Source of the DNA: Felis catus
Lineage: Eukaryota
Direction of reading: 5' to 3'
Assembly: GCF_018350175.1 (NCBI RefSeq)
Contig: NC_058383.1
Span: forward strand, 17,052,001 to 17,116,000
Length of the DNA: 64,000 nucleotides
The notes beneath the pieces were generated by a model. The model ran no database searches. It worked only from the letters and a program-made list of their open reading frames with translations, and had not been told where the DNA came from. Position numbers and translations under genes: made by a program. Shown here in pieces: positions 51,278 to 62,974 of the stretch (positions are counted from its first letter, which is position 1; each line of letters opens with the position of its first letter).

Positions 51278-52990
51278 GGAGACCTTCTTGACCATAATGA
51301 TTTGTCCTCTGTATCCATCAAGGATGCTGAGGTGGGGCAGAAAACTCCTGAAGGTTACCATGTAACAAAATACATTTAGCTCCACTATAACTAGAGCCAT
51401 CACTTTTTGTTTATTTCTGGGGAGCGATTGTAAGCTCAACATGAGGTCTCCAATTGCCTCCAATGGCTCTGACCTGGAGGCAGTCTTGCCCTGCTTCCTA
51501 TACCTGGAGAAAAGGATGCATCAACCCTGAATATGACAATATTCTTGAGGCCTCTACTAGAGTGGACAGGGCTTCAAAGATGGTAGGGGACAGGTCTTAA
51601 CTGGTGTCCAGGTTTTAAGGCACAGTATGATGTTTCCTGAGGTTTCCAGTCTCTTTTCAGGTGTGGTCCTAGCAGCAGTGAGATCAAACCACATTTGTTT
51701 CTGGGTTATTTTTGTTAGACTCACTATGGTTATATTGGGATAGTCTTTTTGCTTTCTGAGTTCCCTCTCTGTCTTGGGTCTTTCCCATAAACTGTACCTG
51801 TTCCCAGGATTTGTCAGTTTTCTCCAGATCAGCAATAGATTGTCCAACATCATCAAAATGTCTTGTCTTATGACTGGACTCTGCATGGATATCAGTATCC
51901 CATACCAGGTGCTAAGGGTGGACTGAGTTATCCTGTTTTTAGTTCCTGCAGTGAATGTCACCTAATCAGAGCTTTTAAAAACTGGTCAAAAACAGCCTGT
52001 CTCATTCCCAACTCCTTACAAATTTGTTGTAACTCCTCCATAGATCTATAGATCACCAGGATCCCACATGCCTAGGGAGATTCCCTTTCATTGGGCCAAG
52101 CCTCCCTGTAGGCTAGAATAATCCAATCTATAAGGGAATGAGTAACTTTAAACCCCTGAGCACCAGGCCAGAACTGCTGGAAGACTGTGTGTGTGTTGTT
52201 GTTGCTCATTTTCTCTGTCCCCTACCTGGTCAGAGAAATGCCATCACCCACCATATCCCATAGTTGCAGTAACCATGCCAGGATAGTTTCCCTGGTCTTT
52301 TCCTAAACTTAGCAGCTACACCAATAAGCTCAGGGGGAGTATATTCTCCCATCATGAATGTTTCCTGAACTGTGGGCTGCCCCACTGGCTGGGATTGCTG
52401 TTGTTCTGCTTTTGCTTTCCTGTGTATTAAGGATCAAACAGCACCAGGTGTTTCATTCATTTCGCTGCTAATCACCATAAAATCGTCCTCCTCATTTTCC
52501 TCACTTTCCCAGGTATTCCACCTCTTTGTGTCCCAATCAGGCTTTGTCATAAACACTTGGACCTTACTCCATTGCAGCTTGTCATCTCCTAGTTTGTAAA
52601 GAAGAATGCTAGGATCTCCAACTAATTATCCTGCTCTTGCATCCTGTCTTCCAGCCCTCAAAGCCAGCAGAGTAGTGGAAACCTGCCCATCTTTCTCTAA
52701 CCTCAGCTCTTCTTCCAACTTTATAACACAAGTTTCAGCCTCTAGTTGGGTACTAATGGCCAGCCCACAGTAGAAGCCAGACAACTACACAGCTGTGCAT
52801 TTCTCTTCTCTGCTGCACTGCACTCTGCACAGTTCCTCAAACAAAAGTACCAGACCAGTCACCATTTAGGGAACATCCCTGTACTCATGCACTGGTCCAC
52901 AAACATCTGACCTATGTCTCATCCCTCCCCACAAAAAGGTCATGAACAACTCCCAAGACCCATCTTTCAGTCTCTTGGCTGGCTAGCAAG
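51278..52990 (-). pseudogene. ERV leader/gag-pro remnant
   Basis: Follows the LTR and PBS (ctagccagccaagag); QMWFDL gag-like motif; frameshifted protease-like [26 protein letters not shown]. Confidence 0.6.
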
Positions 52991-52991
52991 T

Positions 52992-53377
52992 TGTTGGTTT
53001 GCAACCTCAGGTATTCCCAGAATGAAATTTGAAGCCAGCCCCCATATGGAAAGCAGACAGAAAGAGGCAGGCTTTAGCAGGGTTAATAAGTGAGGGAAAT
53101 AAGAGGCTTGACTTGGGCAGCTTTAAGAAAAGTAGATCTTTACACTGGCCCACTAGAATCTTAAGTTTATATAGAGGCTTTAACTAGGTTCAGGTACATG
53201 TACCATCCAGATAGACTCAATAATGCATTGTTCTCTCAGGGCTGTGTCTTTCAAAATGGTTCCCACTTTGGAAATGGTAGGCAGAGTATACATTCCAAGG
53301 ACAGGGTAGGGAGTGAGAAGCCTCTATATACCCAGAACCAACCAATGGTCATGTCCTCTCGATGACCTCCTCCAACA
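52992..53377 (-). mobile_element. ERV 5' LTR (paralog of 24670-25075)
   Basis: Starts tgttggaggaggtca and ends ...aaccaaca on the minus strand; same upstream flank as the left copy. Confidence 0.78.
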
Positions 53378-54242
53378 AACCGCTCCTCTTGCTTTTAGGT
53401 GCTATTATCCAAGGACAAAATGCCTGGAACAGTGGCAGTCATCTTGCAACAATGAGGGGCATGGTCTAAGACAAAAGCATCACAAGATGGCTGCATCTTA
53501 ATGTCATTATCGAGGAACTGAATTAACCAATGACTATATCTGAACTTCATGTGGGAAGGCTTTTGATTGTCCCCTGTTACTTATAGCCAAGAGCAACCTT
53601 CCAGCATAAACATTAACTTTATTGCTGCTTTTATAAGCTTCTTTGAAATTATGTGACTTGTACATAATTTTGCTGTAAGAGCAACTTTGATTTATGCCAC
53701 TGTAGTTTTGCTGTCTTCTCTGTATTTAATGATAAAATTATTGCTTTGGGATGGGAAAGCAATATGTTGCAATCATTCTAAGAAGTCTTTGTTGCCTTGT
53801 CTGTGAGGTCATTATGTCATGTGTGAAAATGACACAAAAGCTTTGATAGCTTCAAGCCATCTAACAAAGTTTTATAATGGACAACACCCTAGGAGAAAAA
53901 AGATATGTGACCCAATAAAATACAGTTTCAATGGTATAATATATTCTACATATATTTAAATTTTGCTCAGAACCACTCATCCCACCATTTACACATCCCG
54001 ATACTAAATGTGCACTGGAACCTCATTGATTTTGATGATATTATTCTAAGTTAAAGCAATTTACTTTTTTTTGGAACCACAACTTTTATGCTTCAAAGAA
54101 AAATTTTTAAGCCATTGATCCATTTTTATGATTTGGGGATATAACACAACACAATGGCAACTCTGAAAATGTTAATAAAATTAATGTAAGCAATAATATG
54201 CACAGAAAATATGTGAAAATAACACCTGTTGCCTTCATTTTA

Positions 54243-54477
54243 TTTTTTTAATTTTTTAAACATTTATTTATTTTTGAGAGACAGAGAAAGGCAGAGCATG
54301 AGCAGGGGAGGGGGAGAGAGACACACACACACACACACACACAGAATCCTAAGCAGCCTCCAGGCTCTGAGCTGTTTGTTAGCACAGAGCCCAACACAGG
54401 GCTTGAACTCACGAACTGTGAGACCGTGACCTGAGCTGAAGTCGGAAGCTCAACTGACTGAGCCACCCCGGCGCCCC
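54243..54477 (-). mobile_element. Can-SINE, right-arm specific
   Basis: TSD tgttgccttcatttta (54227-54242 / 54478-54493); empty site at about 23785-23800. Confidence 0.93.
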
Positions 54478-55509
54478 TGTTGCCTTCATTTTAGACAAGA
54501 GATTGCTGCAGTCCTTAGAGTCTAGGAACACCTTTAGGAACATAATTACTTAGGTATATGGCAGGATTTCCATGAAAGTCTATTCATGGAAAGGATTTCT
54601 ATGAAGGGTTATTTTCCAGCTTCCCCTAAATCACTCATCAACTGCTTCACCCTTCTGTGTTTCTAATGCAAACATACACATGGCCCAAACACCTAAGGGG
54701 TGGCAGCAGCAGTGGGATCTCTCCAGGCAAGGAATGGCCTGCTATGTGTTGACCCCCAGCTCAGTGCCATGCACCACTTTGTGCTTTATGATAAGATTGG
54801 TGGCATAATAGTAAGAATGGCCTTATTTGGGGCAGCAGGTCTCTGATATAAGACTTCAAAGTGCTCTCCAATCACTTACCATGTGCAGTGTCCCCTTCAC
54901 TACATCCTAGGATTTGTAAGAAACACCTGTGTGTTGATCCACTCTAATGACCTTTCCAGGTAAGCCCCTTCTTCATGCCCCTGTCACAGCCCCATCAGCA
55001 GCCTCCCATCAGTGACAGCTTTGAGAATCGAGTGAGTAGATTAAGAAGTCAGGTTACCCAACATAAGAACATTAATAATCCTCACTCTATTTAACTTACT
55101 TGTCCTGGCCTCAGGCTTCAGGGCTGGCAGGTGTCCACCATGGTTAGGGGACACCATAGGCTGACCACTATACATGACTCACATCCCTAAAAGGCCTTAA
55201 TTTTATACCTTTGACATATTTTCCAATGAAGGTGCATGCATTGTTTTTGTGCAATGTGTTAAATTGTTAATGCAAACTTTAAAATACACAATTTTTAGAA
55301 TAATGCTTTAGCATTTCTTCATTCGCTATATTTGGAACCTCAAAAAAATGGAAGTATCCTGGGCATCTTGATCTCTTGAGAGATGCTGGAGCTAGTTGAG
55401 CCAGAGTGACATTGGGGCAATACCCCTGCTGGGGTTCTACTTCTCCCTCCAAGCCAGCAATGCTGACAAAGGCTGGAAGCCATGTTTACAAATTCCAATG
55501 TGTAGACAT

Positions 55510-55515
55510 TTTATT
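55510..55515 (-). terminator. Candidate polyadenylation signal of gene 2
   Basis: TTTATT on + strand (AATAAA on -); paralogous to 22283-22288. Confidence 0.6.
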
Positions 55516-56079
55516 CCCAATTCAGTTTCAAAATGCGGGCTGAAGTTTCTGAGACAAAAAGCTGATACTGACAGTATTTACTAGGAATGAGGATGATAGG
55601 AAGGCACAAAGCAACTCATGGTGTGTACATCAAAGCCCACCTTCTGGAAATTCAACTGGATTCCTAACATCAAGTTGGAGAGTTCAGGAGTTATCCTATG
55701 TTAATAGGGAGCCACCAAAGATAGATGAGGATTGTGGCTTGTTTAGTATTGTATTTTAGAAAGATCATTAGTAGCTAGTGAAGAGAGACTGGAGCCTGAG
55801 GCTATTGTTCATGTACTTCTAGGTAAAAATCAAAGTCAAGTCCACCCAAGGGCATGGTGAAAATCCTGTTCTGGGGTTTCCAGTTGCAGACTTGACAAAA
55901 CAAATAGCCCTTCCCTGGCAAGAACTTTCAGTGAACACAATGCATCCTCCCAAAGGGAGAAAGCTGGCCTCCTTCACATGGAGCATTTCTCTCCCTGCTG
56001 GCCTAACTTAGCTGAGAGTAAGAGGGCCAGGAAACCTCTCAGAAGAGAACAGGTTCAAGGGAGAATAGGAGGTAATTTC

Positions 56080-56178
56080 TTATTGGGAAGCTTGAGGGTC
56101 TGATGTCCCATTTTCTGGGATAGTCTGTCCATTTGCTTCCTCCATCATTTCCTTATACTGACGTTTGAAGAAGCCAAC
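56080..56178 (-). CDS. ITGAX: Gene 2 exon 30 coding part (cytoplasmic tail)
   Basis: [36 protein letters not shown]. Confidence 0.92.
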   Translation of the reverse strand, partial: VGFFKRQYKEMMEEANGQTIPENGTSDPQASQ

Positions 56179-56898
56179 CTGTGGAGAGGAAGGAAAAGAG
56201 AATTAGGAAATCCAGTGGAAGAGAGGAAAAAAGATGATTGAGGAGGGAGAGGGATCACCATTGCTGGAGCCCCTACTATGTTCCAGCACTACACTAGAAA
56301 CATTAGACACACTGTGTCATTTAGCCTTTACCAAAATTCTGTGAGTTGGATGAAATCACCTTCAGAATGAGAAGTCAAGACCCAGCATGAACCAGTCACT
56401 GCCTACAGTCACAGGAAGAATCAGTGGTAGTGTCAGCACCCAATCCAGTGCTGTGTTTTATTTTATAATTTGCTGTGAAGACAAACATGTAGTGATAAAG
56501 ACGAGAGTGGAAAAGACAAGGAGAGCAATTAAAGGCAGTCTGACTAAAATTAACAACACAAGAAACAACAGATGTTAGCAACAATGCAGAGAAAGGGGAG
56601 CCATCCTAAACTGTTGGTGGGAGTGCAAACTGGTTCAGCCACTCTGGAAAACAGTATGGAGGTTACCCAAAATTTAAAAAAAAAAAAAAAAAAAAACACA
56701 ACCACGCTCTAATCCAGCAATTGTGCTACTAGGTACTCAAGGATACAAAATACAGATTCAAGGGGCGCCTTGGTGGCTCAGTCAGTGAAGCATCCGACTC
56801 TTGACTTCGGCTCAGGTCATGATCTCACGGTTCATGAATTTGAGCCCCACATCGGGCTCCATGATGACAGCGTGGAGCCTGCTTGGGAGTCTGTCTTT

Positions 56899-56940
<42 letters not shown>

Positions 56941-59900
56941 CTTTCTGCCCGCTCGCTCTCTCTCTCTCAAAATAAATAAAAAACTTTAAAAAATTAAAAT
57001 TGAAAGAAAAAACAAAAAGACAAATGCAAAGGGATACATGTACCCCAATGTTTACAGCAGCATTATCACTAATAGTCAACTATGGAAAGAGCCCAACTGT
57101 CCATAGGCTGATGAATGGATAAAGAAGATTGTAGATATCAAAAGAAATGAAATCTTGCCATTTGCAATGACAAGGTGGAGCTAGAGTATATTAATCTGAG
57201 AGAAATAAGTCAGTCAGAGAAAGACAAATATATGATTTCACTTATATGTGGATTTAGGAAACAAAACAGATAAACATACGAGAAAGGAAAAAAAGGAGAG
57301 GGAAGAAAACTATAAGAGACTCAACAATAGAGAACAAACTGAGGGTTGTTGAAGGCTAGGTGAGTGGGAGGTGGGATAAAGGGTGATGGGCATTAAGGGG
57401 AGGAATTATGATGAGCACTGGGTATTATATGAAAGTGGTGAATTACTAAATTCTACTCCTGAAACCAATACTACACCATACATCAACTAACCTGAATTTA
57501 AATAAAAATTTGGAAGAAAAACACATAAGGAGGCCTGAGAATCAGACAGGAAGGCATGAGGGAGTGTTGGGGACTGGTGATGTCATATGTGGGAGGGGAA
57601 CTCTCATATGCAGTGCGTTAGCAAGAATGTGTATCTATATCCAAGGTGAGTTCTTCCCTACACTGCAGAAAGAATGGGATCGAAAACTGATGGCTCAGTC
57701 AGTTAAGCGTCTGACTTCGGTTTAAGTCATGATCCCACAGTTCATGGGTTATAGCCCATGCAGGGCTCTGTACTAACAGCTCAGAGCCTGGAGCCTACTT
57801 CGGATTCTGTGTCTCCCTCTCTCTCTGCCCCTCCCCTGTCTCTGTCTCTCAAAAATAAATAAAAATGTTGAAATTAAAAAAAAAAACCTGGTAGTGTCAA
57901 GAGCAGGATGAAAATACTCACCTTATACAGAATGACTGTGATGAGAGCCAGCAGCAGCAGTCCTCCCAAAGAGCTGCCCACAATAATGGGGACAGTGTTG
58001 TAGACCTCATACTTCTCCAGTACCATCTCCATCTGGAGTGGAGGTGACCTCATCAGAAAGTATCAGAACACTTGCTGTCCCAGACTCTTCCCAGGTTCCC
58101 CAACCTTTAACTCTCTCCCCTCCTTCCTTTACTCCAAGGGGTGACAGAAAAATTCATAGGCTTGGGGACACCTCTCCTGCTGAGGGACCTTCATCCTTCC
58201 TCCCTCCAGGCTTGTGAGCCTCACAGCACCACAGATTTTGCATTAGGAGCCCTCTTACCAGCATGGCCACTGCCTACCACACAGTCACTACCTGAGCTCT
58301 CAAGAATGCCTCCTGTCCTGGAAGCTGGGCATACACAGAGGTGTTGAACATGATTTCAGCCACACTCACAATCAATACCTTCTTCTGCAATGTCTACAAA
58401 ACAGAGGGGGCACAGATGAGGAACTAGCACTGAGAAAGGCACAGAGTTCAAGAAATGTCCTGGCTGGAGGATGGACACAGACGTCATCTGGTGGCACCTG
58501 AATCCTGTGGTGGGGCAGTGGAGGGTGGGTGGACTCTGCTGTTGGGCCTACACACCTGGCTGACCCAGCCAAAGCTGAGGTTGCCCTTTAGGATGAAGTC
58601 AAGTTCCTCCTGGACGCCAAAGGAAGGCAGGTCACAGTGGAACCTCAGGCAGTCAGCAATTGAGCAGTTCTAGGGACAGAGAAGTAGCATTAGGCCAGAG
58701 AAAGGTGGTTTTGAAGGCAGATGACAGCATAAAACTGATTGATGTGAGAGGAGCAGTCACAATTGAATTCAAGAGGGCTGTTCAGCAGACAGCCATCTGA
58801 ATGTAATACAGGTTCTTGAATTAAACTCTTCTGGTGTGTGCTTTGAAGTGTAAATGGCTCAGAGCCCTCCTTTTACCAGCACGGGATTCTTCTGAATGTG
58901 GGTCAGGAAGTCAGACTCTATGGGCACCATTCTCTCTGAAGAACACTGAATGGAGGGGTTCTAGGAAAAAACACAGAGAACAAGCATCTAAGGGGGTTGG
59001 GCATTAGGAATTCATGAGGGACAGAGAGATCCAAGTAAAGGGCATTAGCTGGGGAGCTGTACACAGCCCTTGAGTACCTGGGGGTGGAAAACCCCTAACT
59101 CTGTCCACACAGGCACCCCATTCAGCTCCACAGGCACAGAGAAGTTGATGCTGACAGGCAGGTCCCTCTGTCCCAGATTGTTCACCTGCACAGAGGGCAG
59201 TGAGAGCAAAGACCATGCCAAATGCCATATCCCTCCCTAATTGCTGGCTCCTAGCCCCCTGCCACAGCCCATGCTCTTGAGTCAGCATCACTTGCCTGGT
59301 ATCTATGCTGAGCCTGGCTGCTTTCCTCCCAGTCCAAGGCTGAGAAGTTGAGGTACTTGGTGGACTCTTCATGGCTGGGGAGAAAAGAGGCACAGATGGA
59401 TTTGAAGTTCCTTGAGGGACTCCTAAAGAGGCTCACGTTAGCATCATGACAGGATAGGTAGCCAGTGGGGCCTTGGGATGGCCTTCAATGAATTCTGTGA
59501 CTGATCTGAGGTAATGGGAGGATTTAGGGAGCAGGGCTGGGCTTCAAGCTGGGTGCAAGCTTCTTGCAGAAGCTGTCAATGGAGTAAACTGCCAAGGAGG
59601 CTGGCAGAGAGCACCTTGAAAGGGACCCAGAGCTATGCCATTGACTCACTAGGGAGCAGGGGCCAAACCATCTCTCTTTGTGTCTCCGTTTTCCTTTCAG
59701 GCCCTCATGGGCACAGAGGATACAGGATATGCATGTGAGACCCAGCAAAGTTTTGGGGAGATTTGGACTTATACTACTGATAAATGTTTACCGGACACTA
59801 CCACTGTCTGGCTTCCCACAGACCTTCCTTCCTCTCCTGTTTCCTTGGCTTTTCTGGTCCTGGGACTTAGAGGTGAGGGAAGGCCTAACAGTACTCTTTA

Positions 59901-61787
59901 CTGGATCTCAGCGTAACAATTCCTGCTGAGCCCTACCCAAGCCCATGTGTGGAGACCCAGTGGCCAGCCTGGCTCCTCACACAGGTGGGTGGGCTCACCT
60001 CTGGCCCTTCTTGCTCCACTTCTTGGGTACCTGTCCTTTGCCCACACAGTCCTAATTCTAGACCACTTCCACTCTAAACTCTCATCCCTCCTCTGTGAGG
60101 AGCTTCCCCAAAATGCCCCAACCTCATCCTGTGGGCCTCTCTGAATGCTCCCACCCACAGAGTCAAATCAGCTGAGTACACCTGAACTGTAGGGCCAAAT
60201 ATGCCTAGATATGCCCTGCCCATGGGTTTCCAGTACACACTCCAGCAAACAAGCTCAGAGCATGCACCTGGCTGGGCTGCTGAGACCTCCCAATGTGGAA
60301 ATGTGAATTAGAACGTGACACTGGGCAGGAGGAGGGTGTCCAATGAGGCACAAGGGCAGAACTAGCACAGGGAAAGGTACCCAGGCTAAGCCACACAGAC
60401 TTGTTGCATATCATGGATGTATACATCCCACAAGGGCAGGAGATTGTGTCTGGTTTTGATTATACAATACAGACTCAATAAATTTTTGTTGAATTTCAAA
60501 TGAATTTATGGAAAGCAGCCAGAGCACTGTGCTTAGAACACAGAAAATGCTAGGAAGCTATTTACTGAAAGAAGGTATCTGCTCCAACACATGACTTGAC
60601 TCCTGAGTCTTAAACACCTCATCTATTACCCTTCCTGGAGCAGCATTTTAAGCTCTTTTTCTTTTATCTAACTTCTCCCTGAAATTTGACCTCTACAGCA
60701 AGCAGGTCATTTGTCTCTATACCTCCCAAAAGGGACTGGGAAGAGGAGGAGTAGCAGGTCTAACGCCCTGCAGGTGTAAATCTGTTCCTTTCAATGAAGA
60801 ATTGTCTCACCCAAATGTCAATGACTCCTTTGAGAACCACTGCTGGCTAATCCCAATGCCATGGACTCTAAAATTTAGCAGAGGCCTCCCCTGACAGAAG
60901 GCTCTAGCTGCTCTTGGGAACTCATATAGCCTCAGAGTACAGAACCATGGAGAGGTCCTTGATGAGATTCTGCCTTGGATCAGAGTAACCTCACTTCCAA
61001 ATAAAGCTGTAGGAATCTTGAGACATGGAAATGTCTCATATTTCTCAGGAAGCCCAGGAAAATCTTGGTGTTTCTAAAAAAGCCTTCTGAGAACTGTAAC
61101 CTCTATTAAATGTATAACACTAGTAATACTACAATAATTATTATCATAGCTATCCCTCAATAAACACTCGATGCTTAATTAGTAAGTGCTAGCAGTATCA
61201 TCTACCAATTGAAAAGGTGGTGATAAAACCTGAATGTTCCAGATGTTGAACTGCTGCAGGGGGTAAAATCCTTTCCTAGCCCCATCAGAGTGATAGAGAA
61301 GAACGCTTTTGAGCTGGTGGTATGGTACCTGCTGATCACAGTGTAGATGGCATACTTCACCATGAGCTCCATCTGAAAGGTGGTCTTGCTGGTCCTGGGA
61401 GTAGTATTTTCACTGGAGAAAGAGGAGGAGCCTAATTGGCAAGGACCCCAGAGGAGGAGGCTAGGGGCAAGGAGGTACTGCCCCAGGCCTGGCCCAGCTC
61501 ACCTGCTCACATTAGCTGTCAGAAGCAACCTATCACCCAGTATGGCCTTGGGGGAGACGTCAAAGGTGACCATGAAGGTCATCTGAGGAAGAGGCAAGAA
61601 TGAGGGAGTCACCAAGAAATGAGACAGGGTAGGGGCAGGTAAGCAGTGGGTGGGCAGAAGCAAGGCTGACCTTAGCACCCTCATGGAAGATGAGGTGGTT
61701 GATGCTGCAACGGGTGCTCTGAGTACTCTGGCCCTGGGCTGGGGTGCCATCACAGGTCAGGCTTGGGGAGTGTGCCTGCAGCTGGTT
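56080..61787 (-). CDS. ITGAX: Integrin alpha-X (CD11c)-like gene, exons 21-30 (5' part outside window)
   Basis: 10 exons in phase with no stops: 61787-61671, 61582-61503, 61412-61329, 59374-59296, 59185-59078, 58960-58877, 58669-58556, 58393-58292, 58032-57922, 56178-56080. ITGAX-type motifs [69 protein letters not shown]. Confidence 0.85.
56541..57520 (+). mobile_element. L1 3' fragment in the last intron of gene 2 (antisense to gene 2)
   Basis: gactaaaattaacaac...ctctggaaaacagtatggagg...3'UTR; absent from the gene 1 copy (empty site about 21240-21250). Confidence 0.85.
56762..57000 (+). mobile_element. Can-SINE nested in L1
   Basis: ggggcgcct..gtggctcagtc...(CT)n, A-tail. Confidence 0.9.
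57691..57886 (+). mobile_element. 5'-clipped Can-SINE in gene 2 last intron
   Basis: tggctcagtcagttaagcgtctgacttcgg...A-tail; absent at 15500-15508 in gene 1. Confidence 0.9.
57922..58032 (-). CDS. ITGAX: Gene 2 exon 29 (transmembrane)
   Basis: [37 protein letters not shown]|gtgagt. Confidence 0.93.
58292..58393 (-). CDS. ITGAX: Gene 2 exon 28
   Basis: [34 protein letters not shown]. Confidence 0.92.
58556..58669 (-). CDS. ITGAX: Gene 2 exon 27
   Basis: [38 protein letters not shown]. Confidence 0.92.
58877..58960 (-). CDS. ITGAX: Gene 2 exon 26
   Basis: [28 protein letters not shown] (ITGAX-type). Confidence 0.9.
59078..59185 (-). CDS. ITGAX: Gene 2 exon 25
   Basis: [36 protein letters not shown]. 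Confidence 0.9.
59296..59374 (-). CDS. ITGAX: Gene 2 exon 24 (GC donor)
   Basis: [26 protein letters not shown]|gcaagt; 79 nt, same length as gene 1 exon 24. Confidence 0.87.
61329..61412 (-). CDS. ITGAX: Gene 2 exon 23
   Basis: [28 protein letters not shown]|gtacca. Confidence 0.9.
61503..61582 (-). CDS. ITGAX: Gene 2 exon 22
   Basis: [27 protein letters not shown]|gtgagc. Confidence 0.92.
61671..61787 (-). CDS. ITGAX: Gene 2 exon 21
   Basis: tag|[39 protein letters not shown]|gtcagc. Confidence 0.88.
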
Positions 61788-61979
61788 CTAGGCAAGGGCA
61801 AGTAAAGAAAAGGCAGGCGAGCATTGTTTAATATTCTAGAGACTCCATGAAGTAGTGAGTTTCCTGGTATGTATTTTAAGGTTATGTTTTTTAAAATATC
61901 TTCAGACACTATCTGGTCAAATTTCTTCCTAATGTAGAAATGCCAGATTTATTAGAGTTTACCCTCTTTTTATTTTTTG

Positions 61980-62890
61980 TTCTTTTAAAAGAGCTTTTTA
62001 TTATGGAAATTTTCAAACATACTCAAAAGTAGAAAGACAGACTAGATAAGTCAACCCTCTTTGTTTCCATCACTCAATTTAAATTTCTACTCTTGTTTTA
62101 TTCCGCTGCTTGACAATTTCTTCTGAATAATTTAAAGCACATTCTGAATATCACATCATTGTATCCAGAAACACTTCAGTGTATGCCACTAACAGATAAG
62201 GGTATTTTTTAACATAACCACAAGACTTAAGAAATCACACTCAATAAAATAACTCCTTAATACTAGCTAATATCCAGGTCATGTTCAGTCTTCACATTGT
62301 CTCCAATAATGTTATTTTGCAGCTCATTTTTATTTATTTTTTACAGCTATTTTTAAAATCAATATCCAACGAAGGTTCACATATTGCATTTGGTTGACAC
62401 ATCTAGTAGTACATTCAATGATAGGGTGCTCAACCCTCACACAGCCAGAATTTACCATTCCTAGTGCATTCCTTCATACATAAATCAAAATATGCTCCCA
62501 TTGGGAATATTACTAGCCTAAGAGAGACATAGGAGACCAACAAACCAAATGGAAGGTATAGACCTAGTTTAGATGTTTGTTCAAATAAACCAGCTGTAAA
62601 AAAGATATTTTTAAGACAATTAAGGAAATTAGACTATGGTCTAAATACAAAGGAATCATTCATTTTGTTGGATGTGATCATGATATTGGGGTCATGTAAG
62701 ATGTGTGGGAGGAATGCAATGACATGTTGTCTGGGACTTGTTTTAAAATACATCAGCAAAGGGAAAAAACCCAGATGAAATAAATGTGGTCAAATGTTAA
62801 TAATTGTTGAATTTGGATGATAAATTGTGGGGAGGTTTGTTGAACTACCTCTTATTTTTGTAAATGTTTAACATTTCATAATAAAATTTT
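61980..62890. mobile_element. Old L1M fragments (both orientations)
   Basis: ttttattatggaaattttcaaacatac...; aaaagatatttttaagacaatt...gggacttgttttaaaatac motifs. Confidence 0.5.
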
Positions 62891-62974
62891 CATTAAACAA
62901 CCTGTTTCTCTTTGACTCCCTGTTGTCCTAGTTCTATCTTCTAGAATAGAAATTGCCAAATGACAGCTCACCAT

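Larger units (their letters stand above)
52941..58681 (-). repeat. Right arm of large inverted duplication
   Basis: For example, 55235-55535 reverse complement is nearly identical to 22265-22562, and 58033-58291 matches 15092-15357. Confidence 0.9.

Noticed and set aside
52941..58681. Inverted arm as a haplotype or assembly duplicate of gene 1
   Set aside because: Divergence is far above allelic level, insertions are arm-specific with TSDs, and each arm continues into different upstream exons.
56080..61787. Gene 2 as a pseudogene because one donor lacks GT
   Set aside because: The donor is a consensus GC site, and all ten exons are in frame with expected lengths.
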